Positions 51,820-64,000 of a stretch of 64,000 nucleotides of DNA are shown one piece after another. Position 1 is the first letter of the stretch; every line of letters starts with the position of its first letter. Origin of the DNA: Somniosus microcephalus (Eukaryota); NCBI GenBank assembly GCA_052327205.1, contig JBMRGM010000039.1:42346001-42410000 (forward strand), in the 5' to 3' direction. The translations under genes were made by a program, and so were the position numbers. The notes under the pieces are model-generated. The model ran no database searches. It had not been told where the DNA came from and saw only the letters and a program-made list of their open reading frames with translations.

Positions 51820-54800
51820 AACCACCAGCACCTGCTTAATCCTATCCCCGCCCACCAAGGGAGTGCTACCCACTACCAGCAGCACCTGCTCACTCCTATC
51901 CCCTCCCACCAAGGGAGTGCTACTCACTACCGGCAGCCCCTGCTCACTCCTATCCCCTTCCACCAAGGGAGTCCTACCCACTACCAGCAGCACCTGCTCA
52001 CAACTATCCCCTCCCACCAAGGGAGTGCTACCCACTACCAGCAGCACCTGCTCACACCTATCCCCTCCCACCAAGTGAGTGCTACCCACTACCAGCAGCA
52101 CCTGCTCACTCCTATCTCAACCCACCAAGTGAGTGCTACTCACTACCAGCAGCACCTTCTCACTCCTATCCCCTCCCACCAAGTGAGTGCTACCCACTAC
52201 CAGCAGCACCTTCTCACTCCTATCCCCTCCCACCAAGTGAGTGCTACCCACTGCCAGCAGCCCCTGCTCACTCCTATCCCCTCCCACCAAGTGAGTGCTA
52301 CCCACTACCAGCAGCACCTGCTCACTCCTATCACCTCCCACCAAGTGAGTGCTACCCACTACCAGCAGCACCTGCTCACTCCTATCCCCTCCCACCAAGG
52401 GAGTGCTACTCACTACCAGCAGCACCTGCTCACTCCTATCCCCACCCACCAAGTGAGTGCTACCCACTACCAGCAGCACCTGCTCACTCCTATCCCCTCC
52501 CACCAAGTGAGTGCTACCCACTACCAGCAGCACCTGTTCACTCCTATCCCCTCCCACCAAGGGAGTGCTACCCACTACCAGCAGCCCCTGCTCACTCCTA
52601 TCCCCTCCCACCAAGGGAGTGCTACCCACTACCAGCAGCACCTGCTCACTCCTATCCCCTCCCACCAAGGGAGTGCTACCCACTACCAGCAGCACCTGCT
52701 AACTCCTATCCCAGCCCACCAAGGGAGTGCTACTCACTACCAGCAGCACCTGCTCACTCCTATCCCCTCCCACCAAGTGAGTGCTACCCACTACCAGCAG
52801 CACCTGCTCACTCCTATCCCCACCCACCAAGTGAGTGCTACCCACTACCAGCAGCACCTGCTCACTCCTATCCCCTCCCACCAAGGGAGTGCTACCCACT
52901 ACCAGCAGCACCTGCTCACTCCTATCCCCTCCCACCAAGTGAGTGCTACCCACTACCAGCAGCACCTGTTCACTCCTATCCCCTCCCACCAAGGGAGTGC
53001 TACCCACTACCAGCAGCCCCTGCTCACTCCTATCCCCTCCCACCAAGGGAGTGCTACCCACTACCAGCAGCACCTGCTCACTCCTATCCCCTCCCACCAA
53101 GGGAGTGCTACCCACTACCAGCAGCACCTGCTAACTCCTATCCCAGCCCACCAAGGGAGTGCTACTCACTACCAGCAGCACCTGCTCACTCCTATCCCCT
53201 CCCACCAAGTGAGTGCTACCCACTACCAGCAGCACCTGCTCACTCCTATCCCCAACCACCAAGTGAGTGCTACCCACTACCAGCAGCACCTGCTCACTCC
53301 TATCCCCTCCCACCAAGGGAGTGCTACCCACTACCAGCAGCACCTGCTCACTCCTATCCCAGCCCACCAAGGGAGTGCTACTCACTACCAGCAGCACCTG
53401 CTCACTCCTATCCCCTCCCACCAAGGGAGTGCTACCCACTACCAGCAGCACCTGCTCACTCCTATCCCAGCCCACCAAGGGAGTGCTACTCACTACCAGC
53501 AGCACCTGCTCACTCCTATCCCAGCCCACCAAGTGAGTGCTACCCACTACCAGCAGCACCTGCTCACTCCTATCCACTCCCACCAAGGGAGTGTTACCCA
53601 CTACCAGCAGCACCTGCTCACTCCTATCCCCTCCCACCAAAGGTGTGCTACCCAGTGCCAGCAGCACCTGCTCACCGCTTTCCCCTCCCACCAAGGGAGT
53701 GCTACCCACTACCAGCAGCACCTGCTCACCGCTTTCCCCTCCCACCAAGGGACTGCTACCCACTACCAGCAGCACCTGCTCACTCCTATCCCCTCCCACC
53801 AAGGGACTGCTACCCACCACCAGCAGCACCTGCTCACTGCTATCCCCTCCCACCAAGGGAGTGCTACCCACTACCAGCAGCACCTGCTCACTCCTATCCC
53901 CTCCCACCAAGGGAGTGCTACACACTACCAGCAGCACCTGCTCACTCCTATCCCCTCCCACCAAGAGCGTGCTACCCACTACCAGCAGCATCTGCTCACT
54001 CCTCTCCCCTCCCACCAAGGGAGTGCTACCCACTACCAGCAGCACCTGCTCACTCCTATCCCCTCCCACCAAGAGCGTGCTACCCACTACCAGCAGCACC
54101 TGCTCACTGCTATCCCCTCCCACCAAGGGAGTGCTACCCACTACCAGCAGCACCTGCTCACTGCTATCCACGCCCACCAATGGAGTGCTACCCACTACCA
54201 GCAGCACCTGCTCACTGCTATCCACGCCCACCAATGGAGTGCTGCCCACCACCAGCAGCACCTGCTCACTGCTATCCCCTCCCACCAAGTGAGTGCTACC
54301 CACTACCAGCAGCACCTGCTCACTGCTATCCCCTCCCACCAAGGGAGTGCTACCCACTACCAGCAGCACCTGCTCACTGCTATCCCCTCCCACCAAGGGA
54401 GTGCTACCCACTACCAGCAGCACCTGCTCACTGCTATCCCCTCCCACCAAGAGCGTGCTACCCACTACCAGCAGCACCTGCTCACTCCTCTCACCTCCCA
54501 CCAAGGGAGTGCTACCCACTACCAGCAGCACCTGCTCACTGCTATCCCCTCCCACCAAGAGCGTGCTACACACTACCAGCAGCACCTGCTCACTGCTATC
54601 CCCTCCCACCAAGGGAGTGCTACACACTACCAGCAGCACCTGCTCACTCCTATCCCCTCCCACCAAGGGAGTGCTACCCACTGCCAGCAGCACCTGCTCA
54701 CTCCTATCCCCTCCCACCAAGGGAGTGCTACCCACTACCAGCAGCACCTGCTCACTGCTATCCACTCCCACCAAGGGAGTGTTACCCACTACCAGCAGCA

Positions 54801-54843
54801 GCTGCTCACTCCCATCCCCTCCCACCAAGGGAGTTCTACCCAC
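51820..54843. repeat. 54-bp minisatellite, about 56 copies
   Basis: Unit ccaagggagtgctacccactaccagcagcacctgctcactcctatcccctccca; 18-aa periodicity in the ORF track. Confidence 0.97.
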
Positions 54844-54854
54844 TGAGCCCCAGC

Positions 54855-56280
54855 TGCATTGGCTCTCCACTATTTCCGGGAAGTATTTCACATCTTCTTC
54901 GATGAAGACAGACACAAAGTATTTGTTTAATTTCTCTGCCATTTCCTTATTCCCCATTATAATATCTCCTGTCTCAGCCTGTAGGGGGACGTCGTTTACT
55001 TTTGCTAATCTTTTCATTTTTATATATGTATAGAAGATTTTTTAGTACTTTTATGTCTCTCGGGAGTTTACTCTCATATGCTATTTTCCCTTTCTTTATC
55101 AGTGTCTTCGTCTTCCTTTGCTGAATTCTAAAATCCTCCCAATCTTCAGGCTTCCTACACATTTTGGCAGCATTATAAGCCTCTTCCTTTGATGTAATAC
55201 TATCTTTAAATTCTCTTGGTAGCCACGGTTGGACCACTTTGCATGTGGGGTTCTTGTGCCTCAAAGGAATGTAAATTTGTTGTAAATTAAGTCTTAATTA
55301 TATAAATGCTAGCCATTCGTTGACTACCTTTTAATATACTTTCCCAATGTACCATAGCCAATTTGCCCCTAATAACTAAGTATTTTTATTTTAAGATTTA
55401 TGAACCCAGTTCCGGATTTAACTAAATCACTTTCAACCTCAATATAAAATTCTACATATAATGGTAACCCTTCACTAAAGGTCCCTTTTGTAAAAGGTTA
55501 TTAATTATCTTTTTCTCATTGCAAAATTCTAGATTATAAAATAGCCTGTCCCCAAGTTGGTTCCTCAACATACTGATCCAGAAAACTATCTTGCATACAG
55601 TCCATGAATTTGTCCTCCAAACTATTACTGCAAGTTTGCTTTGCCCAGTCTCTATGTAGATTAATGTCCCCCATGATTACTGTAGTACCCTTGTTATATG
55701 TGCCTCTAATAGTCTGATTTATACTCAGTCCTACATTAAAACTACTGTTTGGAGGCCAATAAAAAATTCCCAGCAATATTTCCTGCCACTTGCTGTTTCT
55801 TAGCTCCACCCAAACTGATTCAACCTCTTGATTTTCAGACCTAAGATCCTTTCTCTCTAATGTCTTTATCCCATTCTTTACCATCCTGGCTATCCCTCCT
55901 CCTATTCCATTTTGCCTATCTCTTCTAAAAGTTAATTATCTTGGGATATTTATTTCCTAACCTTGGCCACATTGCAACGGCATTTCTGTTATGGTTATTT
56001 GATCAAACTGCCTGAGTTACAGTCACACCGTCCTGTCTCTGACCACTAAGCAAACCAAAGGGTTGTGACTGCCTCCTGGATCAAAGTGTCCAGGTAATCG
56101 CGCCCCCACCGTCCCTGATGCCCCACAATGTCACACCTCAGACTCCAGCTCAAAAGGTCTGAGCTGAATTTTCTCAAGATGCGGGCAGGTATTTCAAACG
56201 TGGTTGTCCGGGATCACACTGCTCTCCACAAACACCCACAAGCTGCTGTTGTGGCACACCACCTGCACGCCCATCCCCAT
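54855..56280 (-). mobile_element. CR1 fragment (ORF1 remnant, APE and linker)
   Basis: ORF 55534-55884 (ESVWVELRNSK...IMGDINL) and ORF 54974-55264. Confidence 0.85.
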
Positions 56281-56424
56281 ATGTCCTGGTACTATTTAAA
56301 TAAATGTAATAGCTTTTATAATTAGGTAACTTAGTGTACAGTGTAGTTTCCTTACTACTTACTTGATCTAGATTAAGTTAATGGTACTGATTTTAAATAT
56401 CTACCTTTAACACAAAGCACTAAA

Positions 56425-58035
56425 AATAAGTATGAAGGGGTTTAGCAGCTATAAAAGTGGATAATTCCCCAGGTTCGGATTAAATGTGTTCCAGGCTGTT
56501 AAGCGAAGCAAAAGAGAAAATAGCAGAGGCCTTGAGCATCATTTTTCATTCCTCTCTGTATTCAGGTGTGGTGCCAGAGGACTGGAAGACTGCTAATGTG
56601 GTACCCTTGTTTAAAAAGGGAGAAAATAATGGACCGGGTAATTACAGGCCAGTCAGCATAACCTCGGTGGTGGGAAACTTATTGGGAAAAATTCTGAAAG
56701 GTATGATAAATCTTCATTTAGAAAGGCATGGATTAATCAAGGATAGTCAGCAAAGATTTGTTAAGGGAAGGTCGTGTCCTACATTCTTGATTGAATTTTT
56801 TGAGGAGGTAACAAGCAGGGTAGAAGAGAGTAGTGCTTTTGAAGTAGTTTATATGGAATTTAGCAAGGCTTTTGATAAGGTTCTACATGGCAGACTTCTC
56901 ACGAAGTTAAAAAGCCCATGGGATCCAGGTCAAATTGTCAAGTTGGATTCAAAACTGGCTCGGAGTCTGGGAGCAGAGTGTAATGCTTGATGGGTGTCTT
57001 TGTGATTGGAAAGCTGTTTCCTGTGGTGTTCCAAATAGCTCAGTACTATGTCCCTTGCTTTTTGTGGTATATATCAATGACCTACACTTGAATATAGGGG
57101 TACGATTAAGAAGTTTGCAGATCATACGAAAATCGGCTATGTGGTTGATACTGAAGCAGGAAGCTGTAGACTGCAGTAAGATATCAATAAATTGGTCAGA
57201 TGGCCAGAACAGTGTGCATATGGAATTCAATCCAGAGAAATGTGAGGTAATGCATTTGGGGAGGGCTAACAAGGAAAGTGAATACACATTAAATGGTAGG
57301 ACACTGTGTAGTGTAGAGGAACAAAGGGACCTTGGGGTGCATGTTCACAGATCCCCGAAGATAGCAGGACATTTAAACAAGGTGGTTGAGAAGGCATACG
57401 GAATGCTTGCCTTAATTAGCCGTGGCATAGAATACACGAGCAGGGGTTTATGCTTCAATTGTATAAAACACTAGTTAGGCCTCAGCTAGAGTACTGCGTG
57501 CAGTTCAGGTCACTATATAACAGGAAAGATGTGATTGCACTGGGGAGGGTACAGAGGAGATTTACAAGGTTGTTGCCAGGAGTAGATAATCTTAGCTATG
57601 AGGAATGACTGAAGAGGCTGGGTCTGTTTCCCTTGGAACGGATGAGGCTGAGGGGAGACTTATTGAGGTGAATAAAATTATGAGGTGCACAGGTAAAGTC
57701 GATAGAGAGGACCAATTTCCCTTAGCAGAGGGGGCAAAAACTAGGAAGCACAGATTTAAAGTAATTGGTGGAATGTTTAGAGGGGTTTTGAGGGGACATT
57801 GCTTCACCCAAAGGGTTCTGGTATCTGAAACACACTGCCTGAAAGGGTGAAAGAGGAAGGAAACCTAACCACATTTAAAAAGTACTTGGATGTGCTCTTG
57901 GGATGCTTTAACCTGCAGCGCTAACACCAAGAGCTGGGAAATGGGATTAGGTTGGATGGCACATTGTTGGCCATCGCGCACACCATGGGCCAAAATGGCC
58001 TCCTTCCGTGCTGTAACATTCTATGATTCTATGAA
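56425..58035 (+). mobile_element. CR1 RT to 3' end
   Basis: ORF 56484-56990 (VPEDWKTANVVPLFKKG...NYRPVS); tail ttctatgattctatg. Confidence 0.92.
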
Positions 58036-58149
58036 AGGCGAGAGGAGAGGAAGGAACACAAGGGATGGTCCGTGATATGGCGGAATGCAGGGGTCGATAA
58101 ATCCGGCCTCTGCACCTGGTTAAAATCCGTTACATCTCTAAGATTTTGC

Positions 58150-58290
58150 ATTTCGGACGAAAGGTCACAGACCTGAAATGTTAACTCTGTTCCTATTTCT
58201 CGCCACAGATGCTGCCTGACCTGCTGAGTAATCCCAGGATTTGCTGTTTATATTTCAGTTTCCATCATCCACTGTATTTTGCTATTGTGA
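58150..58290 (+). mobile_element. Penelope-associated short repeat with a degenerate hammerhead-like motif
   Basis: cggacga-aaggtc-aca-gacct-gaaa-tgtta, followed by cacagatgctgcctgacctgctgag. Reverse-complement relative of 45112-45278. Confidence 0.55.
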
Positions 58291-59439
58291 ACAATGTTAT
58301 TTTGACTGAACAAGACCCAGGAACAATGTAAATATAGATTTCCTCTTAACTGATTAATGGAGCATTAATAGATACAAGAACACTGTACTGATGCTTGAAA
58401 AATGCAGGAAGCCAATTTAAGGGAAACCATTATTAGTTTATTCAGAAAGACACAGAAAATACTTTGTTTAAACTGACCAGCTACAATTTCGATTTGCTAT
58501 AAATGTTTGAATTAGGTGATTAAAAATTGAGAGCGCAATTACATTTGTTGCCTGCTACTTAATTGGGAAATAATTCAAGACTCTTCGTGATAAGAGCAGT
58601 AATTAATATTGTGGAGAATGTTTGGAGAAAAACATGGAAGCGAAATTTGTAAATTAACATCTTTATGTCAACATATTAGGAAATATTTCCAAGTCAGTCT
58701 GATTGGTTCTCTTGTCCAGGAAGAATGATGAATATTTCTTCGTGTTAAATCATAGCTTTTCCTGTTTTTGGTTTTTAATTCAGTGACACAAATTGTGTAT
58801 TTGTTTTTCTGTACTTCTGAATAAGTGCTGCATTTCTGAAATGTTACTTGGGTTGGGGTGCTGGTTCAGAAAGACCACATTAATTAGTGGAAGTGATTGA
58901 AGTTGGAAATACGTATACCCGTTTTTGCTCAATTATTTTTAAAATTGTGAAATAAAGAACGACAGCACTTTATATTTGTTGGTTGTCTGGTTGCATTGTG
59001 ATTAATATTGTAATCACATATCTGGACGTACAGCACGTCAGCCCCATAGGAAAGCCGCTGCTCCTGCTGTTTGTGCAGCCATTGCTATATTGACATGAGG
59101 GATGTGCTAATACGTTGAAAACTTTAACATTAATACAACTTGCACGAATGGATAAGCCTCACTCAGCTCAACTTGGGCTTTTGGATTCTTTGTCGATGTG
59201 CAACAGAGTGACGTTTCTGAAATGTTAATTTATTATTCTGCAGTTCTTTTTTATCCCAGTCATTTCTGACAAGTATTTATTTAAATAGAGTTTGTACATG
59301 ACGAAATAAAAATTAATTAATTCTACCGTAAACAAACTTGCTGAATGGGCATGTAAATGACAAATACATTTCAATATGGGTAAGTGTGAGGTGGTGCATT
59401 TCTGTAGCAGGAATGAGGAGCCTAGCTACTTCTTGGAAA

Positions 59440-60165
59440 ATTGGGTAAAATTTAAGGGCGGAAAAGTTGGTTGGTTAGCGCCTCTTGTTAGTGCCTGTGA
59501 AGGGCACTACCAGAGCACTAGCAACTTAGTTCCCAAGCACAGTGATTTTAATGCCGCTCACGAAATTGACCTGTTGTTCTGTGGTGGCGCTAAACACTAC
59601 TGCCACGTTCACCTGTGCACGTAGACCATGAAGTCATGCGAACGTGCAACGCCCCGGTAGCGCCCCAGACCGGAAAATGAATCTCGCCCCCTGAATTAAA
59701 ACCTGCCACGAGGAATGACAGGTAATGGGGAACGTTTTGAAGTTGGGAAGGATCTGCAGGACCGCTATTGTTAGGCGTGTGCTTCCTCCTTTTGCTTGTC
59801 TGCAAAATTTTTGGCCTACGCAGCTTGAGAGGGAGAGAGACGGCTGGAGAGATTTAACACAGTCCTAAGGAGTTTTGGTCCTGACCAACACTTTTCATGT
59901 TCCTAGTTCTCTGAGCTTCGTATTTACCACATTCAGAAGATTTTAAATGGGGGCTGTATTAACTTGGGTCGTCGTCCTCCAGCTTCACCTTCGGAGACAA
60001 CAGTGGCGCAGAGAGAGGCAAACATGGCCAGAGGGAGGTGGGCCACCAGGCCTCAGCACAGGAGACCTTACCCTACCAGGGTATTCTGGGAGCAATTCTC
60101 CTATATCCATTTGTGTGAGGATCAGTGTTTCAGAATGCTGAGCTTCAGCAAGGAGGTGGTCACTG
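59440..60165 (+). mobile_element. Harbinger/PIF element 5' part with transposase N-terminus
   Basis: RRPYPTRVFWEQFSYIHLCEDQCFRMLSFSKEVVT (HARBI1-like N-terminus) at about 60057-60165. Confidence 0.7.
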
Positions 60166-61782
60166 TTCAGTATCAATCTCTCTGGTGGCTTGCGAGCCCT
60201 TTGTGAACATCTAACAGTAAAGTCCCTGCTTGTTTGTGGTGAAGCCACCAGCTGCTCCTGAGCAGTGCTCAGAGTAGCTGACTCTGCAACAATGGTTTCC
60301 TCTTGACGGATAGGTTCCTGTGGAATTATCTCTGTCCCTGGTGGTGGCACCACAGATGCACTTGGATAACTGGGGGCAACCCTGTCTTCAGTCGTTGCAT
60401 CTGGAACCTTCATTTCAATTTCCCCTTGTCTGGGAAGTATCTGATCTACATATCTGCATATCTACCATCTCCCAACAAAACCTTGTATGATACTGGACCT
60501 GTCATTGAGTCTATGAAGCCAGGAATCCACTTTGGTCCATAACTGAAATTCTTGGTAAGGACCGCATCTCCTTCTCCAAAACTTCGGCTCTTTGTTCTTT
60601 TGTCACGGTTCTCTTTTTGTTTGTTTTGTCTGTTTTCCATTTTCCTTTTTAGGTCTGGGTGGACAAGGTCAAGAGTGGAGCGTAGTCTACGACCTAATAA
60701 CATCTCAGCAGGAGAGAGTCCTGTGGTGGATTGAGGTGTTATTCTGTAGCTGAACAGAACCCGTGACACTTTGGCTGCTAAACTCCCTTTTGCACTTTTT
60801 TTCATCATCTCCTTAAATGCTTGTACGGCTCTCTCCACAAGTCCATTCGAGGATGGATGATATGGAGCAGAGGTCACCTGCACTATGCCGGTTTTCCCAA
60901 GAACTATTTTGTCTCTGTACTCACAAAACAAGTGGCATTGTCACTCACCACGATCTCCGGTCGCCCTTGATTACTGCAGCTCCAACGCAGGCAGTCTATA
61001 GTAGTAGTGGCGGAAGCAGAATTTACAGGATAAACATCCATCCATTGGAATGTGCATCATTGATTATGAGAAACATCTTCCCCATGAATGGACTCGCATA
61101 ATCTAAGGGCAATCTTCTCCATGGTTTATCCAGCCACTCCCAGGGGTGGAGAGGAGCCGCTGCTGGTGCCTTCCGGTGTTCCTGACAAGTGCTGCATGTC
61201 TAGACTAGATTTTATATCTCCTCATCTAGCTTTGGCCACCACAAGTAACTCCTAGCCTAGGCTTTCATATGCGAGACCCCAGGATGACACTGATGTAGTT
61301 GCTCTAGGATAGACTGTCGTGCTGGCCGTGGAATAATCACTCATGCTCCCCACAACACGCAACCATCCTGCACACTCAGCTCTGTTTTCCTGACACTGTA
61401 GGGTGTGAACTCAGCCCCTTCCAGATGCTGTGGCCATCCCATCACCACATATTCTCGAACTCTAGACAGTACTGGATCTTTACCTGTCCATGTTCTTACT
61501 TGCTCTGCAGTCACAAGTGCCGTGTCAGTGTCCTCCAACATCAAAACTCTGTCCTCTGGAGCTGCATGGGTAGGTGCGCCTGGCAGTGGAAGACGGCTCA
61601 AGGCATCTGCGTTCCCATGGTACTTGCCTGCCTTGTAGACGATGACATACTCATATGCCCTCAGCGTCACTGCCCACATCAGGATCCGGGGTGACACCAT
61701 CTGTGGAACTGCTTTCATTTCATTGAAATGAGAGAGAAGAGGTTTATGTTCGGTGCATATGGTGAACTTCCTGCCATATATG
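60166..61782 (-). mobile_element. Degraded Ty3/Gypsy pol fragment (RNase H end and integrase)
   Basis: YGRKFTICTEHKPL...GNADALSRLP; HPG...ARSYLWWP...C..CQ; SAPYHPSSNGLVERAVQ; RKPPERL. Confidence 0.9.
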
Positions 61783-61998
61783 TGATGCGCTATCAATTAC
61801 TCATAAAAGACTGAGAGTTAAGAGAGTAACTAAAGGCTTTTATTAACAAAAGAATGAAGGTCTGCCTCGAGTGGTCGACCGGTCCAGAATACAAAGGGGG
61901 CTGGGGAGCAGTCACCTTTATACTAGGACTTGTGGGAGGAGTCAGCCGAGGCATGTCCAGGCATGTACACAGTGGAATACAAACAGTGGCTTACCACA
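61783..61998 (-). repeat. 3' LTR (216 bp) of a second Gypsy element
   Basis: TG...CA ends. TATAAA at about 61917 and AATAAA at about 61840 on minus. PPT aaacaaggggtgaa at 61999-62012. Confidence 0.8.
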
Positions 61999-62029
61999 TT
62001 CACCCCTTGTTTAAAATTGAGTCCGGCGG

Positions 62030-64000
62030 GGTGAAGTGTATTAAAAGTTAGTGTATTGGAGTCTCTCCGGAGGTCTTGTCTGCCGCTGTGATCGGCGTGG
62101 CGACAGCAGGGGTAGTGGAGCTTCCGGCGTCGAGTCCTGCGTAGGCTGTGGCACCGGCGTGTCGTCCTCGTAGATGTCGAGCGGGTTGCGGGGCCCAGGC
62201 CTGCCGTCTGCTGGGGCTGGATATCGGATCGTGGGGGGGGTGGTAGTGCGTAGTGGGTTACTGCAGCCCCCGAGGGTGCAAGGCCTCTTATGGAGACTGT
62301 GTCCTCCCGCCCGTCCGGGTATGCAATGTAAGCATACTGGGGGTTGGCGTGGAGGAGGTCGACCCTCTCGACCAGGGGTCCGTTTAATGGGTCCTCACAT
62401 GCCTTCTCAGTAGGACCGGCCCTGGGGACGTCAGCCATGGCGGTAGCGATGTCCCCGATGTGGACTTCCTTGGGAAGACAAACATTTTCTCATGAGGGGT
62501 GGCATTAGTGCCAGTGCAGAGCAGTGACCGAATAGAGTGGAGCGCATCGGGGAGCACATCCTGCCAGTGGGAGGTTGGAAGGCCCCTAGACTTTAAGGCT
62601 AGCAGGTCGGCCTTCCAAACTGTCGCACTTTCTCTTTCCACCTGTCCGTTCCCCCGGGGGTTGTAACCGGTGGTCCTGCTTGTGGCAATACCCCTAGTTA
62701 GCAGGTACTGACGGAGTTCGTCGCTCATAAACGATGAGCCCCGGTCGCTATGGATATAGCTGGGGAAACCGAACAGGGTGAAGAGGTCGTTCAGACATTT
62801 AATGACCGTGGCACTGGTCATGTCCGGGCAGGGGATGGCGAACGGGAAACGGGAGTACTTATCAATAATATTGAGGAAGTACACATTGCGGTCGGAGGAG
62901 GGGAGAGGCCCTTTAAAATCAACACTCAGGCGCTCGAAGGGGCGAGTGGCTTTTATCAGGTTGGCCCTGTCTGGTCTATAAAAGTGTGGTTTGCACTCAG
63001 CGCAGACTTGGCAGTTCCTGGTCATGGTCCTGACCTCCTCAATAGAGTAAGGGAGGTTGCGGGCCTTGATGAAGTGGAAGAACCTGGTGACCCCCGGGTG
63101 GCAGAGGTCATTGTGGAGGGCCCGCAGTCTATCAATCTGCGCGCTGGCGCAGGTGCCACGCGATAGCGCATCCGGGGGTTCATTGAGCTTCCCAGGCCGG
63201 TACAAGATCTCGTAATTGTAGGTGGAAAGTTCGATTCTCCACCTCAAGATCTTGTCATTTTTGATTTTGCCCCTCTGCTTGTTGTTAAACATGAAAGCAA
63301 CTGAACGTTGGTCAGTGAGCAGGGTAAATCGTTTTCCGGCCAGGTAGTGCCTCCAATGACGCACAGCCTCCACAATCGCCTGTGCCTCCTTCTCAACAGC
63401 GGAGTGTCTGGTCTCCGGGCCTTGGAGGGTTCGTGAAAAGAAGGCCACGGGTCTCCCCGCCTGATTGAGGGTAGCGGCCAGGGCAAAGTCGGACGCGTCG
63501 TTTTCCACCTGGAAGGGGATGGATTCGTCCACTGCGTGCATGGTGGCTTTGGCAATGTCTTCCTTGATATGGTGGAAGGCTAAGCGGGCCTCTGCCATCA
63601 AGGGAAAAGAGGTGGACTTGATCAGCGGATGGGCCTTGTCCGCATAGTAGGGGACCCACTGGGCATAATAGGAGAAAACCCCTAGGCACCTCTTCAGGGC
63701 CTTGAGGCAGTGGGGCAGTGGGAGTTCCATCAGGGGACGCATCCGGTCGGGGTCGGGGCCGATGACTCCGTGTTCCACAACACAGCCAAGGATGGCAAGG
63801 CGGTTTGTGCGGAATATGCACTTCTCCTTGTTATATGTCAGGTTCAGGAGTTGGGCGGTGCGGAGGAATTTTCGAGGTTTGCGTCATGGTCCTGCAAGTC
63901 ACGGCCGCAGATGGTCACATTGTCCAGATATGGGAAAGTGGCCTGCAACGCATTTTGATCTACCATCCGGTCCATCTCCCTTTGGAAGATGGAGACCCCA
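62030..64000 (-). CDS. pol: Young Ty3/Gypsy pol (RT end, RNase H, integrase), continuing beyond the window, with two frameshifts
   Basis: 464-aa ORF at 62384-63778 (FQVENDASDFA, EKEAQAIV, HNDLCHPG...CQVC, SVDFKGP, IHSDRG, NGQVER). FPYLDNVTICG at about 63904-63936. Confidence 0.92.

Noticed and set aside
52075-54846. 923-aa ORF as a real gene, or the array as CRISPR
   Set aside because: It is a pure 54-bp tandem repeat with no unique spacers or cas genes, in a vertebrate context. The ORF starts at GTG inside the array and has no unique coding flanks.

Overview
Eukaryotic, repeat-dense genomic DNA, very probably from a cartilaginous fish (shark or ray). This host is inferred from CR1/HER1-type LINE 3' ends such as catagaaacatagaagataggagcaggagtaggcc, L2 tails and SacSINE-like SINEs. 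No complete host gene is present. Main contents: (1) a decayed minus-strand Ig-superfamily receptor gene of the LRC/FcR-like type at about 17.7-31.9 kb, with several C2-type Ig exons, a TM exon and a cytoplasmic mini-exon; only one Ig exon is intact. (2) A 10.8-kb degraded minus-strand provirus (35945-46715) with LTRs, PBS, PPT, a coiled-coil plus zinc-knuckle gag, a dual-RNase-H pol and an env that looks like a paramyxo/pneumovirus F-type protein. This is the lokiretrovirus architecture. (3) A Tx1-clade LINE whose 3' end abuts the downstream part of a 5S rRNA sequence (Mutsu-like). (4) A 3-kb 54-bp minisatellite. (5) Nested Harbinger/Gypsy/Gypsy remnants, one with a YLDN RT motif. (6) A probable Helitron 3' end carrying G-rich arrays, plus many CR1, Rex1 and L2 fragments. 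All calls come from reading motifs by eye with no database searches; the coordinates of degraded elements are approximate.
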